64,000 nucleotides of DNA, from NCBI GenBank assembly GCA_041654895.1, contig JBAZCR010000003.1:5990-69989 (forward strand), in the 5' to 3' direction. The notes under the pieces are model-generated. The model saw nothing but the letters and a program-made list of their open reading frames with translations, was not told the DNA's origin and did no database searches. The stretch comes from Candidatus Pacearchaeota archaeon (lineage in GTDB: Archaea > Nanobdellota > Nanobdellia > Pacearchaeales > GW2011-AR1). The stretch's first letter is position 1. Each line of letters opens with the position of its first letter. Shown piece after piece: positions 39,831-47,520 of this stretch. The translations under genes and the position numbers were made by a program.

Positions 39831-42737
39831 ATGGCTGATTTAGATTTTAGAACAATTGAAAAAAAATGGCAAGAGAGATGGGCAAAGGAAAAAATTTTTG
39901 AGGTTAGTGAAGATAATAAAAAGAAAAAATTTTATTTATTAGAGATGTTTCCATACCCTTCTGCTAGTGGTTTACATATGGGTCATGTTTGGAATTATAC
40001 TATTGGTGATGTTTTTGCTCGGTTTAAATTAATGCAAGGTTTTAATGTTTTACATCCAATGGGTTATGATGCTTTAGGTTTACCTGCTGAGAATGCAGCA
40101 ATTCAAGTAGGGGAACATCCTAAAGATTATACTGATAAATCTGTTAAAAATTATATTAAACAACAAAAACAATTAGGAATTAGTTATGATTGGAATAGGG
40201 TTTTATCAAGTGCTAATCCTGATTATTATAAATGGGATCAATGGATTTTCTTAAAAATGCTTGAAAAAGGACTTGCATATCAAAAAGAATCTAGTGTAAA
40301 TTGGTGTCCTAAGTGTAATACTGTCTTGGCAAATGAACAGGTTGAAAATGGTTATTGTTGGAGACATGAAGAAACTAAAGTTGAAATAAAGCATCTAAAA
40401 CAATGGTTTTTGAAAATCACAGATTATGCTGATGAATTGTACGAAAAGATAGATGAATTAGATTGGCCTGAAAAAACAAAAGTTATGCAAAAAAATTGGA
40501 TTGGAAAGAGCTATGGAACAGAAATTGATTTTGAAATAAATGGGAAAAAGTGGCCTATTTTTACAACTCGTCCTGATACTATTTTTGGAGTAACATTTAT
40601 GGTTGTTTCTGCTCAACATGAGAGATTATTTGAGTTAGTTACAAAGTCTGAAAAGAAAAAAGTTGAAGAATTCTTGAAAAAAATAAAAACTGTTTCACAA
40701 AAATCAATGAAAGATGTTGATGAATTAAATAAAGAAGGAATTTTTACAGGGAGCTATGCTATTAATCCTGCAACAGGAGAAAAAGTTCCAGTTTATGCAG
40801 GTAACTTTGTTGTAGCTGATTATGGTTCAGGTATGATAATGGCTGTTCCGGCTCACGACATGAGAGATTTTGAATTTGCAAAAAAATATGGAATTGAAAT
40901 TAAGCAAGTTGTTGTTCCAGTTTTCAAAAGCGAAGATAAAAATAAACCAAGAAATGATAAAAAAACAGTTTATCGTGATAGTGTTATGCTTGTTGTTAAA
41001 CATCCATCTGAAGAAAAATATTTGTATTTGAAATGGAATAAATTTAGTTGGCAATGTTTAGTTCAGGGTGGAATTAAAGAAGGTGAAGATTTTTTTGATG
41101 CAGCAAGACGTGAACTTATTGAAGAAACTGGTTATTTTGATATTAAAAAAATTGAAAGGTTGCCTTTAGATATGGATAATGTTTATTTTGCAGCACATAA
41201 AGATGAAAATCGTTATACACATGTTATTCCATTTTACATAGAACTTGCTAGTGAAAAGAAACAAAAAATTGATGAAGAAGAATTAGAGCAATTTGCGACT
41301 TGTTGGGCAAAAACTAAAGATTTAGAAAAGGTTTTTGGCGAAGCATTTAAGCATCACTTTTGGCTTGTTGGACAAGTAACAGGGAAGACAATGATTTATG
41401 CTTCTGATGGAGTATTAATTAATTCAGGAAATTTTAATGGGATTGAAAGTAAAGATGCAAAGGAAAAGATTAGTAAATGGTTAGAGGAAAAAAATGAAGC
41501 AAGAAAAGTTGTTAATTTTAGGTTACGTGATTGGTTGATTTCTCGTCAGAGATATTGGGGAACTCCTATTCCTGTTGTTTATTGTGATAGATGTGGTGTT
41601 GTTCCTATTCCTGAGAATGAATTGCCTATTGAACTACCACATGAAGTTAAATTTGGAAAAGGAAATCCTCTTGAAACAAATGGTAAATGGATAAATACAA
41701 AATGTCCAAAGTGTAATGGCTTGGCAAAAAGGGAAACAGATACAATGGATACTTTTGTAAATTCTAGTTGGTATTTTTTAAGATATTGTGACCCGGAAAA
41801 TAATAAAAATATTTTTGATAAAAATAAAGTAGATTATTGGTGCCCTATTGATTTATACATTGGTGGAGCAGAACATGCTTGTATGCATTTAATTTATTTC
41901 AGATTTTATACTAAATTTTTAAGAGATTTAGGATTACTAAATTTTGATGAACCAGCAATAAGATTGTTTCATCAAGGCATGCTTCATGGGGAAGATGGTC
42001 AAAAAATGAGTAAAAGCAAGGGTAATGGAGTTTTACCAGAAGTTGTTTCAAATATTTATGGGATTGATACTGCAAGATTTTTTTTATGTGGTTTAGCTTC
42101 TCCTGATAAAAATATTGACTGGAGTGAAAAAGGGATACTTGGTAGCATGAGGTTCATAAATAAATTATTTAATTTTTATAATTCTATAGAAATAGATAAT
42201 CAAAACTTAACTTTTAATTCTAAATTTAATAGGTTAATTAAAGATTGTACTAACTATTTGAATGATTTAGAATATAGAAAAGTAATCATTGAATTAAGAG
42301 GTTTTTTTAATGAAATAAGTGAAGTTTCTAAATTACCAAAAAAGATTTTAGAAGATTATTTAAAATTATTAAATCCTTTTTGTCCTCATTTAACTGAAGA
42401 ACTTTGGGAAAAATTAGGCAATAAAAAATTTATTTCAAATTCTGATTGGCCGAAATTTAATATCGAGGAATTAAACAAAAATAAAAAGATTGATTTAAAT
42501 GAAAAAGTTTTTAATAATATATTTAGGATTATTTCCAAATTAAAAGAATCCCAAAAAATTAGTTGTGTTTATTTATATGTTTTACCTTCAGAAGTAGAAA
42601 AATTAAATATAGAATACTTTAAAGAAAAATTAGGTTTTGATGTTAAAATCTATTCTGTAAAAGACGTTGATAAATATGATCCAAAGAATATGGCAAAGAA
42701 AGCAAAGCCAATGATGCCTGGATTGTATATTGAATAA
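39831..42737 (+). CDS. leuS: leucyl-tRNA synthetase (bacterial type) with a nested Nudix hydrolase domain
   Basis: SGLHMGHVWNY (HIGH), VNWCPKCNTVLANEQV, editing-domain TTRPDTIFG and MAVPAHDMRDFEFAKKYG, RLRDWLISRQRYWGTPIP, KMSKSKGN. An extra ~164 aa at nt 40914-41405 carries the Nudix box GGIKEGEDFFDAARRELIEETGY. Confidence 0.95.
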   Translation: MADLDFRTIEKKWQERWAKEKIFEVSEDNKKKKFYLLEMFPYPSASGLHMGHVWNYTIGDVFARFKLMQGFNVLHPMGYDALGLPAENAAIQVGEHPKDYTDKSVKNYIKQQKQLGISYDWNRVLSSANPDYYKWDQWIFLKMLEKGLAYQKESSVNWCPKCNTVLANEQVENGYCWRHEETKVEIKHLKQWFLKITDYADELYEKIDELDWPEKTKVMQKNWIGKSYGTEIDFEINGKKWPIFTTRPDTIFGVTFMVVSAQHERLFELVTKSEKKKVEEFLKKIKTVSQKSMKDVDELNKEGIFTGSYAINPATGEKVPVYAGNFVVADYGSGMIMAVPAHDMRDFEFAKKYGIEIKQVVVPVFKSEDKNKPRNDKKTVYRDSVMLVVKHPSEEKYLYLKWNKFSWQCLVQGGIKEGEDFFDAARRELIEETGYFDIKKIERLPLDMDNVYFAAHKDENRYTHVIPFYIELASEKKQKIDEEELEQFATCWAKTKDLEKVFGEAFKHHFWLVGQVTGKTMIYASDGVLINSGNFNGIESKDAKEKISKWLEEKNEARKVVNFRLRDWLISRQRYWGTPIPVVYCDRCGVVPIPENELPIELPHEVKFGKGNPLETNGKWINTKCPKCNGLAKRETDTMDTFVNSSWYFLRYCDPENNKNIFDKNKVDYWCPIDLYIGGAEHACMHLIYFRFYTKFLRDLGLLNFDEPAIRLFHQGMLHGEDGQKMSKSKGNGVLPEVVSNIYGIDTARFFLCGLASPDKNIDWSEKGILGSMRFINKLFNFYNSIEIDNQNLTFNSKFNRLIKDCTNYLNDLEYRKVIIELRGFFNEISEVSKLPKKILEDYLKLLNPFCPHLTEELWEKLGNKKFISNSDWPKFNIEELNKNKKIDLNEKVFNNIFRIISKLKESQKISCVYLYVLPSEVEKLNIEYFKEKLGFDVKIYSVKDVDKYDPKNMAKKAKPMMPGLYIE

Positions 42738-42767
42738 ATTTAAATATCCTAATTTACTGATATTTTT

Positions 42768-42998
42768 ATGAATCACGATAGATATTTGGATTTAAGTATG
42801 ATTTTTTTAGTTGTATTATTAATAAGTTCTTTAGTTTTTTTTGATTTTAATTTCCAGGGCTTAGTTTTCTCAAATTTAGAAGAGCAGGGTTCATTTAATT
42901 TATATTCATTAATTTTATTTGTTTTCATTTTAATTATATTACTAATTGTATTTTTCTTGATTAGGAAAAAAGTTAACTCATTGAATAGAAAAAAATAA
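42768..42998 (+). CDS. small two-TM membrane protein
   Basis: 76 aa with two hydrophobic segments and a basic C-terminus. Confidence 0.35.
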   Translation: MNHDRYLDLSMIFLVVLLISSLVFFDFNFQGLVFSNLEEQGSFNLYSLILFVFILIILLIVFFLIRKKVNSLNRKK

Positions 42999-43037
42999 AA
43001 GAATAATATTTATATACTATTTTCAATATCTATTTTA

Positions 43038-45113
43038 ATGAGAAAAAATGATGTGATGTTATTATCATTTGTTGCTTTGTTTTTAATTTTTTTGATTATA
43101 GGAATTAATTACACTGGCTTTTCTATTAATTTTTTTGAAGAAGGAGATTCTTATTTTGAAATAGTTGTATCTGACTCTAGTTTTAATGATGGAGATTTAA
43201 TTTTAGATTTAGATTCTGATGTTATTTTAAGGTATACTACAAGTAATCTTTCTAGTTGTTATTTAAGGGACTTGGATTTTGAAGAATTAATTAAATCATT
43301 ATACTTTGATTTATTTAATGAAACAATTAACTCTGACTTAGTTTATTCTTTTAATCAAGATACTTTGAATAATTCACTAAATATCTATGACTTTTTTGAA
43401 AGTAGCAGTTCACTTAATTCTGATTTAATACAGGACTTAATTTATAACATCTCCAATAAAATTGAATCAGAAGACTTCTTTTTAATTAGTGGTTTTAATG
43501 GTAATATTAAAGACATTGGAGAGGTCCATGATTTTTTTGAAAAAGTTTTATTTAATATTCCTCATGAGTTTGAATTATCTTGTACGGATAGTGATAATCC
43601 ATTAAATAATGAAAAATATTACTTTACTTTAATTTTTGACGTTGATGGTTTAGAAGTAAATAGATTTAAGCTAGAGCCTGAATTTTCTTTAGTTGATGAT
43701 TTTAATTATTCTTTTAATTCTTCAATTTTAATAGATGATATTCTGACTTTTGGAATTGTAGACAGATTAGTTGTTTCAGAACCTGAAATTTTTGATTGTG
43801 AAGTTTCTCCTAAGAATTATATTATTTGTCTGAATAAAAGTGAACTAAAACCTCAATTATACAATTTTGATTTAGATTTAGTAACAAAAGGTAATAGAAC
43901 TACATCTATTAAATTTTTTGTATTCTTTTATAAAAATGAGAATGTTCTATTAAATAACTCTTCAATGAATTTGATTGAGCTTAGTGATATAAATTTGACA
44001 TTAAATTTGTCTCTTATTTCTAATTTTTCTACAAATTTTTCCCTTACTTCTAAAAGTAAAACTGAAATGAATGATTTGGATGATAAATTAGCGGTGAAGT
44101 CTATTGTTATTGAAACAGACGAAAATTTTAATGAAAATTTGGAATGGGCAATTATAACTTTAAATTATTCTAAAGATGACTTACCAGATAATATTAATAA
44201 GAGTACTCTAAAGCTTTATTATTATAATGAGAGTTTAAAAATCTGGGAGTTAATTCAAAATAGTTATGTTAATGAAACTTATAATTATATTTGGGCTAAT
44301 ATAACTCATCTTAGTGAATATGGTATCTTTGGTAATGCCCTTGCTGAAGAAGTTCCTAAGAAATATTATAGGTTTGAAAATAATAGTTGCTCCTCAGTTT
44401 ATCTTTATTATGACGAACTAACTGACAATGATTATGATTCTTTAAGCAAATGTAAAGAACAAATTATAGAAGAATTAAATGATACCATTTTAGGTGAAGA
44501 TGATAGTTTAATGAATATAACTACTCAATCACTTGAGAGAAGTTTAGAAGGAGCATCATTTGATTTAATTAATATTGGAGATAATTTAATTTCTTTTGAT
44601 GAAGTTTATCATTTAAGTTTTAACTTTCAACAATATTCTTTCTTTTTAGTTAATATTGATAGTGAAAAGAAGATTGCTTCTTTATTTTTTGAAGATTTAC
44701 TTTTAAATATTGATTTAGAAGAAGGAAAAATTTTTAATTTAGATTTAAATGGTGATGATGAATATGATTTTATATTTATTTTAAGTGAGATTAAAAATAC
44801 TGACCAAATTAATCTTATTGTTGAAAATTATATTAATGATAATTTAAATAATCAGAAAGATTCTGGTGAAATAGAATTTACTCTTTTTAAAAATGTTAAT
44901 AAAACTTTGGCTCTTATTTTTGATATTTTGATTGGTATTATTTTCTTATTGTCTTTATTAATTTTGATTAAAAAATTGAGAAAAAAAGGTCTTTTGATTA
45001 ATTTAAAGCCTAATTTTAAAAATTTAAGTTTTAAAAGGGATAGTATACCTCCTGAAGATAAAGAAGAATATAAGAGCATTAAAAAATTTCAAAAGAAAAT
45101 TAAAAATTTATAG
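43038..45113 (+). CDS. large acidic cell-surface protein (N-terminal signal/TM, C-terminal TM anchor)
   Basis: 691 aa. N-terminus MLLSFVALFLIFLIIGI; C-terminus LALIFDILIGIIFLLSLLILI plus a basic tail. D/E/N/S-rich with many NxS/T sequons. Confidence 0.55.
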   Translation: MRKNDVMLLSFVALFLIFLIIGINYTGFSINFFEEGDSYFEIVVSDSSFNDGDLILDLDSDVILRYTTSNLSSCYLRDLDFEELIKSLYFDLFNETINSDLVYSFNQDTLNNSLNIYDFFESSSSLNSDLIQDLIYNISNKIESEDFFLISGFNGNIKDIGEVHDFFEKVLFNIPHEFELSCTDSDNPLNNEKYYFTLIFDVDGLEVNRFKLEPEFSLVDDFNYSFNSSILIDDILTFGIVDRLVVSEPEIFDCEVSPKNYIICLNKSELKPQLYNFDLDLVTKGNRTTSIKFFVFFYKNENVLLNNSSMNLIELSDINLTLNLSLISNFSTNFSLTSKSKTEMNDLDDKLAVKSIVIETDENFNENLEWAIITLNYSKDDLPDNINKSTLKLYYYNESLKIWELIQNSYVNETYNYIWANITHLSEYGIFGNALAEEVPKKYYRFENNSCSSVYLYYDELTDNDYDSLSKCKEQIIEELNDTILGEDDSLMNITTQSLERSLEGASFDLINIGDNLISFDEVYHLSFNFQQYSFFLVNIDSEKKIASLFFEDLLLNIDLEEGKIFNLDLNGDDEYDFIFILSEIKNTDQINLIVENYINDNLNNQKDSGEIEFTLFKNVNKTLALIFDILIGIIFLLSLLILIKKLRKKGLLINLKPNFKNLSFKRDSIPPEDKEEYKSIKKFQKKIKNL

Positions 45114-46175
45114 TTAACTATTTTTTAAGATACATTTGTCTAGAACTTTTGGATTTACTTTCTTAATATTTCCTTGAAATAGTTTTAGTTCTTTTATTAT
45201 TTCTTGTGATAACAATCTTTTTATGTCTCTGCTTAGTAATTCTCCTTTCTTATACTTTTCAAATAATTCTTTTGTCTGCTCTTTATTATAATAATAATTT
45301 TTTAAATATTGACAAGCCATATCAATGTCTGGATTTCCTCCTAATTTTTTATGTAATTCAATTGTGTCTTGTCCTCCTGAAAATGCACTATTACACTTTT
45401 TGATTATTTGTTTTTCAGTGTCTTTTAGGAATATAGTATTATTTTTTGATTTTGATGCTTTTTTTCTGTCGAGACCTTCAATAAATCTTAGGTGTAACAC
45501 TGAAGGTTTTGGGATATTTAACCTTTGGGCAATATCTCTAGCTATTCTTAAGTGTGCATCTTCATCTGGACCAATTGGGACTAAAACATTTTTTATTTTT
45601 AATATTTCTTGAGGATATAAAACATGGGCTGCTTGTACTGCAGGATAAAAATGTAATCCAATATTGGTTTGTGGGCTATAACCATATGTTGCTTTAATTT
45701 CAGAGTAATTTATTTTTTTGCTCATTTTGAATGCTAAATTGTAAATGTTAGTATAGATATTATCTATTATGAAAAATGTTTTTTCTGGGTCAAAGCCATA
45801 TGCTAACATTTCCTTTGCCAATTCTAATGCATATTCTTTTGCTTGTTCTTGTGTTTGCACTTTTCCTGCTACAAAGCTTTCATCATCTGATATTGGTATA
45901 AATACGGGAATATTATATTCTCTTTGAAAAAAAAGATTAGTGTCAAATACAACTTTGTGCCCAAGATGTAATGTTCCTGAAGCATTAACCCCTGACACAA
46001 TTGCACTTTTTTCTCCTTTTTTTAATCTATCTAAGAATTTATCAAAATCTCTATGTGAATAAATTAATCCTTTATCAAAGGTATAAAATTTAGGTAGGTT
46101 TTTTATTTGTGAGATTCTTTTTGCTCCAAATTCTTTTACTAATTTTTCATTATCAATGTTAATTGAATTTTCCAT
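45114..46175 (-). CDS. trpS: tryptophanyl-tRNA synthetase (archaeal/eukaryotic type)
   Basis: HRDF, HIGH-like GTLHLGH, ISDDES, GFDPEKTFFI, FYPAVQAAH, KMSKS-like KASKSK; 353 aa. Confidence 0.85.
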   Translation of the reverse strand: MENSINIDNEKLVKEFGAKRISQIKNLPKFYTFDKGLIYSHRDFDKFLDRLKKGEKSAIVSGVNASGTLHLGHKVVFDTNLFFQREYNIPVFIPISDDESFVAGKVQTQEQAKEYALELAKEMLAYGFDPEKTFFIIDNIYTNIYNLAFKMSKKINYSEIKATYGYSPQTNIGLHFYPAVQAAHVLYPQEILKIKNVLVPIGPDEDAHLRIARDIAQRLNIPKPSVLHLRFIEGLDRKKASKSKNNTIFLKDTEKQIIKKCNSAFSGGQDTIELHKKLGGNPDIDMACQYLKNYYYNKEQTKELFEKYKKGELLSRDIKRLLSQEIIKELKLFQGNIKKVNPKVLDKCILKNS

Positions 46176-46266
46176 AAATTAAATTACGAATAAATGTTTT
46201 TAATGGTTTTGGTAAGAAGTTTGAAATAAAGAAATAATTTTTATACTATTCTTTTGTTTTATTTTT

Positions 46267-46521
46267 ATGTTCAATGAAAAAATGTGGTGTGTTTATATCT
46301 TGGAATGTTGTGATGGTTCTTATTACACTGGTGTTAGTAATGATGTTGATTCTCGTATGAATGCTCATGCATCTGGAAAGGGGAGTAAATATGTTAGACA
46401 AAAAGGATTTAAAAAATTGCTTTATATAAAACCTTGTGAAAATAAATCTGATGCTTTTAAGGTAGAATGTATGATAAAAAAATTATCTCGAGATGATAAA
46501 ATAAAATATTTTTTAGATTAA
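46267..46521 (+). CDS. GIY-YIG nuclease superfamily protein (small UPF0213-like)
   Basis: WCVYILECCDGSYYTGVSNDVDSRMNAHASGKGSKYV; 84 aa. Confidence 0.8.
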   Translation: MFNEKMWCVYILECCDGSYYTGVSNDVDSRMNAHASGKGSKYVRQKGFKKLLYIKPCENKSDAFKVECMIKKLSRDDKIKYFLD

Positions 46522-46529
46522 TTAGGAAA

Positions 46530-46713
46530 TGCTCCCGCCGGGATTTGAACCCGGGTCACCGCCGTTCTCCGCAAAAATTCTTCGGAAAGATTTTTTCTCA
46601 CCTTGTGGGAGAGAGTTGTGTTTCAAAGGTGAAACAAGGGAAGAGCTTTCTCATCGAAAGTGTCTTGCAACAACTTGAGAGGGCGATATCCTTGGCCTCT
46701 AGACTACGAGAGC
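46530..46713 (-). tRNA. tRNA-Glu (anticodon CTC) with a 111-nt intron at 37/38 (intron = 46565-46675)
   Basis: Exons fold as GCTCTCG-TA-GTCT-AGAGGCCAA-GGAT-A-TCGCC-CTCTCA/C-GGCGG-TGAC-CCGGG-TTCAAAT-CCCGG-CGGGAGC-A. A BHB-like fold has the 4-bp helix CUCU/GGAG flanked by 3-nt bulges CAA and AAC. Confidence 0.8.
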
Positions 46714-46807
46714 ATAAATAAATTATATTCTTTTAATTTAAAAATTTAACTAGTGACTCTTATCTTATCAAAAAGTTTATATACTTCAAGTAACTTTTTG
46801 TTTACTA

Positions 46808-46981
46808 ATGGTTACTAATGATGAGGCTACAGTAAAAGTTAGTAAGTGGTTGTTAAATGAAATAGATTTGTTTGTTAGTAAGAATAAAAAAAATCGTTCA
46901 GAATTTCCATCTAAAAAAAATTTTGTTGATAGAGCTTTAATATCTTATCTAGAAAATATGGGAGTAAAGGTAAAAAAATGA
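46808..46981 (+). CDS. small ribbon-helix-helix (CopG-like) DNA-binding protein (57 aa, below the ORF-track cutoff)
   Basis: Hand translation gives MVTNDEATVKVSKWLLNEIDLFVSKNKKNRSEFPSKKNFVDRALISYLENMGVKVKK. The beta-strand/helix/helix pattern resembles RHH proteins. Confidence 0.4.
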   Translation: MVTNDEATVKVSKWLLNEIDLFVSKNKKNRSEFPSKKNFVDRALISYLENMGVKVKK

Positions 46982-47123
46982 TTTTATCAAAATTAAATTT
47001 TTGGAGTAATAATGAATAAAATAGAGAGAGCTAGAGAGATTTTCTTAGAGCTTGAAACTAAAAAAGGTAATACTTATGAAAAAAATTGCAGAAACATTGA
47101 AATTGCTTATAGGATTTTGAGTT

Positions 47124-47447
47124 CTAAAATTCATTAACATGTAATTTTCTTTCTATTAATTCAATTCTTTGTTCTAATTTGTAGATTAAATTATCTAATT
47201 TTTGGATTTTTGAATCTATTTCTCTTTTAGAATAATATTCTGAATTTGTTTTATTATTGGTATCTTCTTCATCCATAAATCCAAAAAAATTTACTTCACT
47301 TTTCTTCTCTTTTGTTTGAGTATTTATCTCAATAAAGCCATCTTTGTTTGTTGGGATTTCTGTTTGTGTTTCTTGCGGTGGTCTAATTTTTCCTTGTTTT
47401 TGTAGCTCACCAATATCAATCATTTTTTTTCTTCTGTTGAATATCAT
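47124..47447 (-). CDS. small coiled-coil protein
   Basis: 107 aa; basic N-terminus MIFNRRKKMIDIGELQKQGK; C-terminal heptad-like SKIQKLDNLIYKLEQRIELIERKL. Confidence 0.4.
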   Translation of the reverse strand: MIFNRRKKMIDIGELQKQGKIRPPQETQTEIPTNKDGFIEINTQTKEKKSEVNFFGFMDEEDTNNKTNSEYYSKREIDSKIQKLDNLIYKLEQRIELIERKLHVNEF

Positions 47448-47520
47448 TAATTATTAAGGTATTATTATTATTTAAGGATTTTGGGTTAAGCTTTAAATAA
47501 TTGGAATTCTTTATTTTTTA

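Noticed and set aside
46267-46521. GIY-YIG gene 9 nt from the intron-containing tRNA-Glu, considered as a possible intron homing endonuclease.
   Set aside because: It lies outside the intron, is only 84 aa (a bare GIY-YIG core of the widespread UPF0213 type) and has no DNA-binding extension. Archaeal BHB introns are not mobilised by GIY-YIG enzymes as far as I know.
46650-46656. CGAUGAG within the tRNA-Glu intron (plus GUGAGA and CCGAAG further on), considered as possible C/D-box or K-turn elements of an intron-encoded guide RNA.
   Set aside because: There is no exact RUGAUGA C box and no CUGA D box anywhere in the intron, and the spacing does not fit a C/D sRNA. I left this as a question inside the intron finding.
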